64,000 nt of DNA from Antedon mediterranea (GCF_964355755.1 NC_092679.1:3626201-3690200), one strand, 5' to 3'. Positions 27,593 to 38,727 are shown, numbered from the stretch's first letter. Numbers and translations: made by a program. The notes: generated from the sequence alone by a model not told the origin.

Positions 27593-28957
27593 AGTGGAGC
27601 TACACTCAGACTTTCTCAGCTTATATTATGTTTAAGTATGTTTAATTGAAAGTGATTACATAACAAAAACCAGGAAAAATACGGAAATATTTTCCAAAAA
27701 CTCATTTCTAAAAAATCGGTCAGAAAATAGTGTTTTTTAACAAATTACAGTTTTTCAGTAACTTAGGGGTTATTAGTTTACAATACGTCGCGAAACGCGT
27801 TACACTTAGCGACTGACGCGTTTTAGTCGCTGGTCAACGCATTGTGGAAATGTCTCCCCTTTGGTAAATTATGTGTCGAAAAATGGGGAATAAATTTTAT
27901 ACACACAATTAATACGATTTGTTTAGGCCTAACTAATATTTCCGATAAGAATGTCAGTATAATTTACATGTAACCTCATGATTTTCACTGTACAACAACA
28001 GCATAATAATCTTATCAGATTGCTTTTAACTTTAAGCCGTCTGCTCAGCCTAGCTAGCCTTGAATTTTTGTCTAGAGGCCTTTGTATTCATAGGCATGGT
28101 CGTTTCGCCCCATTTATCGTTCCTGGGTTTTCTCGCACATTAAGAATTGTGGAACACAAAATCCTATACAGAACAAGAGTAGTAAAGAATAGTAAAGCGA
28201 TGTGCAAAAGCTTAGACCTGACTGAAAAGCAACTACTATTCAGGCACCCTATCATGGCCCATGGGTAGGCCAAGGTCGGGTGACAGCAAAACAAACTTCA
28301 CTGCTGTCAGCCTAGCCTAGCTAGAGGCCAAGCCACTAAGCAGCATCGGTACATACCTACACTCTAGTAGTAGGCCTAGGCCTAGCTTTATTGAATATAT
28401 AGATCAATCTCGTTAAATTTGACATTTTAGTAATAGTCTCATAATCACATTATTACACTGTGAAACATAATAGGGTCACATTCAGAATGTTTTAATATAC
28501 TTTTCGCCCGTCAAAAATAACATCGCGACAAAATAACAGATCGCCAGCTGCAGTAGTGTGATTGTGAAAAATGTCACGTGATCGTACTCCCTAGCAAAAT
28601 AAAAAACCCAATTGGACCTGAACGGGGGAAAGTGTCTATTTACGCAAAATTGCGCAATGTATACGTGATAAAAATACCAGAAATAGAAAGATCTGGAAAA
28701 ATTACATAAATAGACATTTTACATTTTTTTTTTGGTGAAGAAATGAATTTTTTAGGATTATTCAAATATACCCCCCTTTTGCATGTAAAAGAATAGGAAA
28801 TTACAAGGTATCCCCCCAAAACGCAAAAAGGCGTGATTTTCAAGAAAATCGTACTCATTGAAAAAAAATTCAAAAAAATATGAAGTATAAGGGATGATAT
28901 TTTTAAATAATAGTTGAAATGTATGAAAAATAGTAATTTTCTGGGTGGAGCTCCACT
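27593..28957. mobile_element. non-autonomous Kolobok-type DNA transposon (1365 bp)
   Basis: TTAA at 27589-27592 and 28958-28961. TIR AGTGGAGCTACACTCAGA / AGTGGAGCTCCACCCAGA. No transposase ORF. Confidence 0.8.
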
Positions 28958-28958
28958 T

Positions 28959-29205
28959 TAAAGAGATTGCTAGTCTCTTGGTTTAGTTCCTTAACTACGA
29001 TAAAAGACTACAACGTAAAATACTCACCATTATAATAGTCTTTGTATGATAATAATGAGTGAGTAGTAATAATATAGGTTTAGTTTCCGTCGTCGACTTC
29101 TCAAGTGTCCCAAACGTACTTGACGTTCCAAGATACGCACGGCGGAGCGCGTCCAGGTGTTTAGAACGACGCGCTCCGCTTAAGCATCTGTGTAGCGGCA
29201 CTACA
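28959..29205 (-). repeat. 3' LTR
   Basis: Minus strand TGTAGTGCCG...CAATCTCTTTA, identical to 33256-33502. Confidence 0.92.
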
Positions 29206-29482
29206 TTCCTCCTTGTTTTATTTCTTTTGTCTTCCCTCTTGTTCTTCTACACACGTACTTGCTCTTTCTTTCTTTTCTTCCACTTCATTTTTCTTCTTTT
29301 TTTTTTTTTTTAAACACAACAATAACACAACATACATATATAGAATTCCAGAAAAAGAAACTACCAAGAACCCGATAAGAATTTTGTTAAAAAAAATGAA
29401 CTAATTGGAATTAATTTTAAAATTAATTTAAATAAATTTTCATTAATTTGGTCTTGGATTTTTTTTTTTTTTTTTTTTTAAC

Positions 29483-30687
29483 CTATTCATAGGCAAACTG
29501 GGCGTGGAAGTGGAGGTTTTCCAAGAATCCCTCCAACATCCTAACCGCCGCTGCCCTCAGCTGGCCACTTCCCGGCTGAGCCAAACGCTCCACCACCTCC
29601 CGATTGGCATTGAATGCCGACCGCAGAGCAACTCTGTCGGCCCGCCTTAACTGGCATAACAGTGGCGTGGGTGAATGCCGTGCTTGGCGTGATGATGGTC
29701 CGGTCCGTTGACGTAGTGGTCCAGTTGGCTTAGGAAATCGACGGCGTCTGGGCTCCGCCGAGGTAGGCCTACCATACCTCTGGCACAGCTCCACAAATGC
29801 CCCCTTATTATCCCTAGTGGCTCTCGCCACCAGGAAAAGGAGACACCGAGTGTGGAGCAGACCCAGCGGTGACACTAACGGCGATAGAGTGTTCGACTCG
29901 GGCATCTCGAGCCCCGCCGCCTCGCCCATCGACTCCATCATCTTCCTTAGAGATTTGGTGAAGAAGAATCCAGGCTGGATTCTCCCCTCGGCGTTGAAAA
30001 GTGCTACCGCCTTGGTGACACTCCCGCCGCACTCCGGAACGAGTTTCACTAACTCCTGGATGAAACTCCAGCGCCGAGATGAGGTGGTCGACGATACCTC
30101 CGGCGATGTTTCCGTCATGAATGGCGGTATGTGGTGCGTCAGGTGTTGTTTTGGGTTTTCGGGCACCCGGCCACATCCTGCCACTGGACACAGGAATGCC
30201 CGACGTGACCGCTTACCCGATTCCCTCTGACCGCCTTCAGGATGAGGTCTTTTGTTGTCTTTCGACCGTTTGTCGGCCTTTCCCTGAGATTTAACTTTTG
30301 GTACCGCCCCAGCACTAGGTGGAACAGCACTGGTCGCCGTACCAACGAGACGGACGTCTCGGCACGCAAAGTCCGACTCCTTACTTTCCCGGAGTTCGCC
30401 ATACCTTCACGGCTGGCGCGGCGGGAAGCAACTCTTTACGAAAAATGGAGGGGGACTTTGGCCTCTCCGGCGATCCTGCCAAGACCTCTGGCGTCTCTCT
30501 GCCCTCAACTACTGGCGGATCTAGGTCCCCGACCTCCATCGCCACATCATCTTCTTCCAATCCAGTAGGTGAAGGTGGAGACTTTCGTTTCGCAGCTGGT
30601 TTGCCCAACGGCGGGAAGTCTTCCACCTGCAGCAGGAACAATTCCTCCTCCACCCGTTACTCGATCGGAAGTAGTGCAGTTATCCAT
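29483..30687 (-). pseudogene. disrupted accessory ORF of the LTR element (~400 aa if two +1 shifts are repaired; C2H2-like zinc finger)
   Basis: Splice acceptor ttctacag immediately before ATG 30687. Segments MDNCTTSDRVT / VEEELFLLQVEDFPPLGKP.. / ..KRSRRAFLCPVAGCGRVPENPKQHLTHHIPPF..TLSPLVSPLGLLHTRCLLFLV..AYE* lie in successive frames. A poly(A) run follows the stop. Confidence 0.55.
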
Positions 30688-33255
30688 CTGTAGAACATTA
30701 AGAGGCAAAACACAAGTTTAGTACAAGATAGTATTTCTACCCCTCGATTACAAATTGTTGGGACGAAAACTCTGGCGCCTGTAACAAATAGTGATCATCG
30801 TTTCCGCCAGAGGAGTTCCATCTCTTCAGAGCTAGTTACCGAGTTATTTGTGATGTCACTGCCGTGAAGAATGTACAACGTAAGTAGTACATGGCTGCTT
30901 TCCCCTTCTTACCTAAGTGAAAAGCCTCCTTCTTCTCCGCCAGGTTCCATCCACTAATTCGGGCATACCCCTCAAATCTATCCCAGAAAATGTACCAGTC
31001 ATTTTGACCGAAAAATTCCAGGTTTCTCTGAGGGCGGAAAGGTAGTCTTTTCCGACGCTCACCTCGCCATTCTTCATTATGACCGTATCAACCACGCAAG
31101 TGGTCCTTATCCACATAATAAACTCAGCGCGGATCACGTCCGAAACTTCCGCCATTACTCTCTCTTCGGACGTACTCGTTCGTATTGTCCTCATTACCGC
31201 GATCTCGATTATTGTAATCGAAACCTCGACAATCAGTCCGAACTTGACCGACATCGTCCGAGTAGCGTTTATAGCGATTACCGTCGATGTACCCCCGTGG
31301 CGACATTCCCATTCTACTACCCCGATTTAGGATACCGTCGTTCAGGCTCTCAATCTCTTGCGTCCCCTTGGCGATTTATTGATCGCCAAGGAACTCGACC
31401 GCGTTCCATAGGCACAAACCTATTGGACTCGCCGCCAGTTCGTTCATCGAAACGCATGTTGTCATCGCCCGGATAATGAGAGTCGCGATTTCAGATATAT
31501 ATCCCCATTAGGAGTACCGTAGTTGGAACAGGAATTAAACCGCCTATCCGTGGTTACATTCGACACAGAGTTAACGTCAGGAATAACTGCTCCTCCTCCC
31601 CGTTAAAACTAATCGACGCATTCTTTGAAGTCACCTGATTATTAGGATTAACTTCAAGATCAGACCCTTCAAAGACCTCGTCAGTAGGCCTACTATCCTT
31701 TTATGATTTTCGCCGATGTCGGCGCATTATTATTATTTTTTTTTTTTAACAGAGCCGGTGTTTTCTTCGTTATAAGCAAACACCGAATAAAGCACGTAGT
31801 TGATGCCATAGCTATCTAGATCCGCAACTAATGTTACGTCTCCCGATCGCGTGCAAGAACTCGTTCCGACCTCCAACCATTTCCCTCAGTCTTCTTACAT
31901 TGAGCGAACTAGTTTACCATAAAACTCGCCCTTCTTCTAGTATACTCGTTCAGAATTACCGAGTTATACTGTGACTGAACTAAATTTACCGTTGGAATCT
32001 TTCGATTGAATTAGTCACCAATGAATATAGTAGGCACATTTAGAAAGAACACACAGAACAATATCACAATGTAAGCTAATAATAAATTCTTTATAATCTC
32101 AAATAAATGTCCACTTCATTGATTCCTAAAACAACTACAACCCAACAGTAAATAATCGCGTAATAATAGAATTCTGAGCATTCGCCTGAGCGTACCGGCG
32201 TGCGTATAACTAAAACTCACATCCACATCCTAAAAATAGTATTCTAAAAATAGGATGTTTCCGTAAAGTAAATAGCCAATCAGAAACTATTAGTACATAG
32301 AATTCTTTCATTGCTCAACCAATCAGAGTACGCACGTAACCGCGTCATCATCGCTTGCATTTTCATTCCCTGGATAATGCACAGCTCGCGCTGCACGACC
32401 CTCTCAGGTAGCGAGTATGCAAATGCAATGATCTGATTGGTTGCTGTAGCCTAGCCAATCGTATGATGCCCAAGAACTGCGCGGCAGTTTGTTCGAATGG
32501 AATAAGACCTGGATGAGATCTGAAACAATATCGAAAAACTATCGCCCAAAACTCGGCGGAGGATCTAGGCCTAGGCCTACCCTAATACAATTGACCAGCA
32601 TACCTTAAATACATTCTCAACCATCTTCCCTCTAATGAAAAAAGATTTTTTTTTTTTTTCAAAAAAGGCAAAGTTTTTATTTATTTTTGCGGTTCCTGAT
32701 AAACTAATAAAATAAATAAATAAATTCTTCCAACACTGCCGACTTCCAGTGAAGGAACGACGTAAACAACTGGCCCACTAATATGATAACTAATACTTCC
32801 TAGCCTAACCTAATCGTATATTTTCCGAAATCGGACATGAAACACGGGCCATGTCGTTTCGTTCTGGAATCACGAGTCCAACGGGTTAACATACAAAACC
32901 CATTCACGTCACGAGCGTGAACATTCATGTCACGAGCATGAAATTCATGTCACGAGCATGAATAATAATATTCTTATACTACAGTTTCATCTAGTATAGG
33001 CCAATCGTTCATTCGTCGAATATTAAATATAAAAAATAAAAATAATAAATCCTAATCAACTATTCATCCCCAACTCTCGGAGAGAACATGAACTTATAAG
33101 AAACATTCACGTTCTTATCCTCGAGACGGTGATGAATTGGCGAGGGCCGATACATTGCATGTAAATAAATAAACAACGCACGTCCAGATTCGCGTATTTT
33201 CGGCGTCATATTTCGCCAGAAAAATATCGCGTTTAATTTTAATCCTCGTCGCCAA

Positions 33256-33502
33256 TAAAGAGATTGCTAGTCTCTTGGTTTAGTTCCTTAACTACGATAA
33301 AAGACTACAACGTAAAATACTCACCATTATAATAGTCTTTGTATGATAATAATGAGTGAGTAGTAATAATATAGGTTTAGTTTCCGTCGTCGACTTCTCA
33401 AGTGTCCCAAACGTACTTGACGTTCCAAGATACGCACGGCGGAGCGCGTCCAGGTGTTTAGAACGACGCGCTCCGCTTAAGCATCTGTGTAGCGGCACTA
33501 CA
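33256..33502 (-). repeat. 5' LTR
   Basis: Followed on the minus strand by 1 nt and then the tRNA-Ser PBS. Confidence 0.92.
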
Positions 33503-33566
33503 TTGTTTTTAGGCTTGGCTAGTTAGGAATTTTTTTAAATTTCACTGTATTTTAGCTACACAAACC

Positions 33567-36500
33567 ATGGCTTCAAACGGTAAGTCTATTTTGAATACAT
33601 ATTTATATTTAAGTTCTACAATTTATTATTGTTATGCTGTAAAGTTTGAAATCCATCATAATAAACGCATAAATAAATAGGCCAGTACCGGCGTACACCA
33701 CCACCAGGCTAGGCCTGGCTAAGCTCGACTCATAAATAGAAGCCAGTTAATGAGTTAGGCTAAGCCTATCTCCCCGTGTAGAGTAGGAAAGGAGTTGTAG
33801 GCTGTCAGGGCAACCCTAGCTAGCCTAGGCCAGAGCTAAAAAAGTTATTTAGAGGCTTTGTGTAGCTAGGCCTAGATAGATTTACTTTTATTTAAAATTG
33901 AATGTCTAGGCTAGCTAGGCCTACATCAAACTTTCACTGGACTGCAACTTTTTTTAAATTTTCTTTTTTAGAAATGTCGGAATGGATAAAGTTTTTTACA
34001 AGTGCTGGTGTACCGGCTGGGGCAGCGACAACATACGCAGTCACATTTATTGATAATCGTATACAGAAAACAATGCTTTTAGATATAACAAAAGAATATC
34101 TTAAAGAAATGGGTATCAATGTTATGGGAGATATCATATCCATCTTGAAATACTGTAAAACATATCATGCCCAGGTAAAAATAAAAACTTCTGCGAGTAG
34201 AGAACTGGTGTCTGCCAAGTTGAGATTGGTTTGTTAAAAAAGATTGTGATGTATGCACATTAATGTAGTGGTGTGTGTCGATAATGTTCTGAGGTGTGTT
34301 TGTAAAACAGTTCTGTTTATTTATCGATTTTGAGGGTAATTTTTTATGTAGTATCTTTAGATAGTCTGGACCTCAATCACAATGTGGCTGACACTGGTTC
34401 TTTAACTTCAAGTAAAAAAAGAAACCATTAACTAAGAAATAAGGCTAATCCACTTTTTAGCTTCTTTTTCATTAGCATCTACTAATTTTTTATTTTGTTC
34501 TTCAATGCAGTATGAACGTGATAAGCCAGCCGTATCAGCCATGCCAGTTTCAGATGACGGAAAAGTGGAGGTGAAAAGACAGACAACTGGTATGAAAAAA
34601 TTATATTTTCAAAATACTGTTGTGATTTTAGATATCTTTTTATTCACTCTTCCCTAGTTTTTAATCAACAAAGAGGTCATAAAGTGTCACAATTCTAACA
34701 ATGCGAACAAAAGAATGATTTTCAGTTACATAATGATTGAAATTAGTCAATGACCTAAAATACATAAGTCTATTAAAACAACTGTTACACCCTCTTAACA
34801 TTTACACATGTGTTACTGTGAACAATAGAACAGTGGAACACAGTTAGACGCCAATTTGAGACTAAAAACTGGTTACAAAACTTTTCACTTGTTTTCCTAA
34901 ACTCACTTTTTCATTAAAGCTGGTAGTCGAATGCTTGAACATTACATGCGTAAACAAGGTGTGATGGATGGAGGTGACTGCAAGGTCAAGGTGTCGACAG
35001 GAATGGCGGCAAGACTGGGAGCTGTGCCTGCAGTAGGTAGGTAGATGAATGATGGCCTGATTTATTAATAGCATATGTATTTTTATATTCATTATGTTTT
35101 TGAGATATATTTTTTACCTATATTTTTATACTTACAATTTATATATATTTTCATTATTATTTTTGTTAAACTTCAATTTAAATGTTTTATTTGAGATTGC
35201 AATAAACTTTCCTCGTATCGTACTGAGGAATGGTTAGTGTTGCCACCAAAAAGCTCTGCAATTTCTTTCTGGCTGTTTTACCTTATAATTTTTATTTAGC
35301 TCTTTTCATATTTTATTTTGTAACTAGTAATTTTCCTTTTGATTTACTATATACATTTATACTATATATACCAGGCATGTTGTACACTATAAATAACTTC
35401 TTCAGACAACTTTTTTCTTTTGTAAAGCTCTGTCTAAACTACTTTGACAAAAAGGTGTGATGTGCTCAATGGTAGTGATATACCCCTTTTTTTTTTGTTT
35501 ACAGGTGCCAAGAAAAATGCTGTAGCAATGCCTCAGTCTGTTGAAGTCGTACCAATGAAGAAGGTTCGACGTGTTACACCAGAACAAGAAGGCAAATACA
35601 TCATAAATATGCCAGAGGGTACTACTGCCAAGACTAAAAAGATACTAGAAGACCAGAAAGCACAGGGTATGGTACTTAATTTTCTCTTAAGCTCTGTCTA
35701 CACTAGTCACACAGAAAGATATTAGGCAGATATTGTGGTTTAAATTAACCAGTCTATAACTTTCAATATTGAATATCGAAACTTGGCAGATTATAGGCGC
35801 TTGACCTTTGACAAGATCGCCTAAAATTTATAATTTAAAACTACGATACTTAGTATTGTATATTCAGGAATAGCCGCTCCATAGTCTCTTTGCTTTTCTT
35901 CCTTATATCTTATTCTTATTAACTCAAAATTAATTTTACTAACAAACATTACTATTTATATGCCTAGTGTGTAAACATTATTGACATAATTTCATTAAAC
36001 ATCCACATACAGTACAACTCTTCTTAACAATTTTTTCAATCTTCTATCAACTAAAAGTCGTAGTTAGTCATGTCTCGGGTCACATTCTATGGTCACCGTA
36101 CAGATAGGCTACTACATCAGTACTTCTATGAATGGATGACTAGTTGGTGACAAGAACGCTAGTTGGTCATACCCAGTACCGTTTTGATTTTACGATCATT
36201 CGGGAAACCACCTCATGACATAATATAATCTCCCAATAATGTATAATTTTACCAATTCTACTAGTTTACTATTCTCATCTAATTTGATTTACCTTCGGCC
36301 AGCCCATTAATATATATTACCCATCCCCATCTAAAATATAGCGGACTCTTCTGACAATTCTATGTTATCTTTACCGGTACATAAAGTATTGAAAGATAAA
36401 CACACCCTTTGGAAATATAGGTATATTATGGCAAATTTTTCTTTTCTTAACATACTAATTTAATGTTTAATATCTCATAATGAAATAAATGTTCATAATT

Positions 36501-37721
36501 TTTTAATTAGCTGTTATTCAGGGTAAAAAGACAGTGTTTGACAGACTTGGAGATGAAAGCAAACAAAAAACCTCACCAATTAAAAAAATGGTAAATTTGA
36601 ATGATTGTTTGATATTTTTATTTGTATATATTAATTATAAAGAAAGGAATAACACTGTTTATTTTATTGAATGTATGATCCATTTTTTAATATTGATTTT
36701 ACAGGAAAGTCCGAATTCTGTCTTCAAAAGACTGGGTGGAAAGAAAAAGGTCCGTTCATTGTCAGAAATTTCTGATTCAGTTTGTGAGTATGAAGGAGTG
36801 TTAAGATCACCACCAAACAGCACCGGAAAGATCTTCACCAGAGTGGCAAGAACCAAAGTGGTAGCAACATCATCACCTGGTGTCGCTTCACGTCTTGGGG
36901 CTAAGGTACTCCAGACTGGAACTCCTGGCATTACTTCTCGTCTTGGAGCCCAGGTACTCCAGTCTGGATCTCCTGGTGTTACTTCACGTCTTGGGGCTAA
37001 GGTACTCCAGATCGGAACTTCTGGTGTCCCTTCTCGCCTTGGGGCTAAGGTTACTACCCCAAAGAGAATCCAACCTCCAGTTACTTCAACATCAAACACA
37101 TCAAAGATGGACCAGATGAACTTGAAAATGAACATTAAAGATCGGTTAGGGCAACAAAAACAAGAAGTCTCCAGTACAAGTCAAAATGTGCCAAGAAAAT
37201 CACAAGCCATTGCCTCTTCAATCAAGAAATCTGTGATTACTTTAGATAAGTCTGGTCTTAAAAGAAGCATTGGTGTTAAGCAAGGGTTAGGTATCAAAAA
37301 AGGCAGTGGTGTAGTCAAGAGGCTTGGGACACAACTCAAATCAGCTGAACAAACGGTAACGATTCGCATCCCGAATAATAAACTAGGCAAGTCAACGGCC
37401 ATGTTAGCTCGACTCGGAGCAAAGGCAACCACCGGTGGTAGCACAGTTACGAGAGGAAGTCTAAGACAGACAGGAATGCATGTACGTTTAGGTACGCCAG
37501 CGAAGATTGCAGCTAGCCCTAGTGTCAAGGAAAGGCTAGGGCTCCAGAAAGCCGAGGCTAGCTCAACCACTCCATCTGTTACAGTCATGATCAACCAGAA
37601 AAAGGCAGGCCTAAAATCAGCCAAATTAAATGCAAAGCGAATGAAAAATTTAAACCTTACAAGAACTGTTTCTAACTCTGCAGTAAAAAATGTCTTTAGC
37701 CGGCTAGGTTCATCGGAATAA
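33567..37721 (+). CDS. C19orf47: C19orf47 homologue (N-terminal SAM-like domain, RLG-repeat low-complexity tail), 7 exons
   Basis: Exons 33567-33579, 33972-34174, 34511-34589, 34920-35036, 35505-35666, 36511-36590 and 36705-37721 are in phase. SEWIKFFTSAGVPAGAATTYAVTFIDNRIQKTMLLDITKEYLKEMGINVMGDIISILK and RRVTPEQEGKYIINMPEGTTAKTKKILE match the family as I recall it; VFDRLG/VFKRLG motifs are present. Confidence 0.9.
36876..37053 (+). repeat. 48-bp coding tandem repeat (16 aa PGVxSRLGAKVLQxGx, ~3.7 copies)
   Basis: PGVASRLGAKVLQTGT / PGITSRLGAQVLQSGS / PGVTSRLGAKVLQIGT / SGVPSRLGAKV. Confidence 0.9.
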
Positions 37722-38189
37722 AATAAATTCCATTATTTATTTGATAATGGTATAATTTCTTGTCACAAGTAATCATTGGTGTGTAATACTGTACTTAATG
37801 TTTTAACTTATTAAATACTGTACATACTTTGTGGAATTAATTGTAGCATATGAAATGTACTTTTAACTTCTTATCAGGCAAAATTTTATAGATTCAGTTT
37901 TTAGATTTTAAATGAGTTTATGCTTTTTCCCCAGTAAGTTATTTTTGGTCAAGGCTGATCTCGCACAGAATTTCTACATTTTGTCAGATTTTTATGCTTT
38001 TTATATTTGGATTTTCCTTTGAAAATTTCACTATTTTAAGTTGTAATATTAAAGGTTTTTTTTTTAATGTCTGAGGTGTTTTAACAATAGAATGTATTAT
38101 GTATTATTTTATGCAAGGATGCAATACTATTGCGAATAGGATAGGAGTGTTAAAACATAATATCAATAGAGAGAGCACTTCCCCTTGAA

Positions 38190-38340
38190 GCCTGGTTTCC
38201 ATTAAAATCGCTACACGCGCATGATGTTGCCGACGCAATCGGGAAGGCTCCCCGATTCATAGCAGTCAAATCGGCAAAGTTCAACCATGTTCAACTTTGC
38301 CGATTTTGTCGGCGATGAATCGTATACGCGTACCAAAGAA
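38190..38340. mobile_element. MITE fragment with internal palindrome
   Basis: Starts AGCCTGGTTTCCA. 14-bp stem AAATCGGCAAAGTT / AACTTTGCCGATTT at about 38268-38306. Confidence 0.4.
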
Positions 38341-38727
38341 TATTTAGCGCTCACATACTAGATCCCCGATAAATTCTAGCATAAAAAGCAGGCCTAATCT
38401 GCCTCTAAATATCTACCTTAAGTCACTTCTATGTCTCTCAACCTCAATGATACTGGCATCGTTATTATTTTTAATGTGTAGTGTTTAAACAAGTATTTAA
38501 AACCTTATTTGCTCAGATGTCTATTTCGCAAATCATCAATGTTGTATGTTTACTGTACTATTTCCCAGTGAGTTTACCTGCTGTCTGCCATGCAAACATT
38601 CCTTGTACAGTAACATACAATTCATCCATTTAATAGGCTATCTTAGTATTCAAAGTTACCATATAATATTTAACAGTACCTCCAATAAGGGTATTAAATA
38701 AATTCCTGTTTTTACATTTCTATTTAA

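Larger units (their letters stand above)
28959..33502 (-). mobile_element. non-autonomous LTR retrotransposon (probably Ty3/Gypsy-derived)
   Basis: 247-bp direct repeats 28959-29205 and 33256-33502, identical by eye. PBS TGGCGACGAGGAT (33254-33242) is complementary to the 3' end of tRNA-Ser(GCT). PPT AAGGAGGAA abuts the 3' LTR (29214-29206). TSD TTGT at 27586-27589 and 33503-33506. No RT, RNase H or integrase motifs seen. Confidence 0.92.

Noticed and set aside
30381-30392. G GGA AAG slippery heptamer just before a stop (programmed -1 frameshift)
   Set aside because: A -1 shift enters the 87-aa frame that stops at 30139, not the zinc-finger frame. No obvious downstream pseudoknot was seen.
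28995-33498. Duplicated 68-aa ORF (28995-29201 and 33292-33498) as a gene duplication
   Set aside because: Both ORFs are chance frames inside the two identical LTRs.
35860-36365. Possible additional Helentron-like element in a C19orf47 intron
   Set aside because: Only a weak sub-TIR match (TCAGGAATAGCCGCT vs AGCGGACTCTTCTGA) and no clear terminal hairpin; insufficient support.
36534-36704. N-terminal part of the 395-aa ORF as continuous coding sequence
   Set aside because: 36591-36704 is a GT-AG, AT-rich 114-nt intron that happens to be stop-free. Retention cannot be excluded, but there is no support for it.
36659-37624. Antisense ORFs of 158 and 147 aa
   Set aside because: Shadows of the low-complexity C19orf47 last exon.
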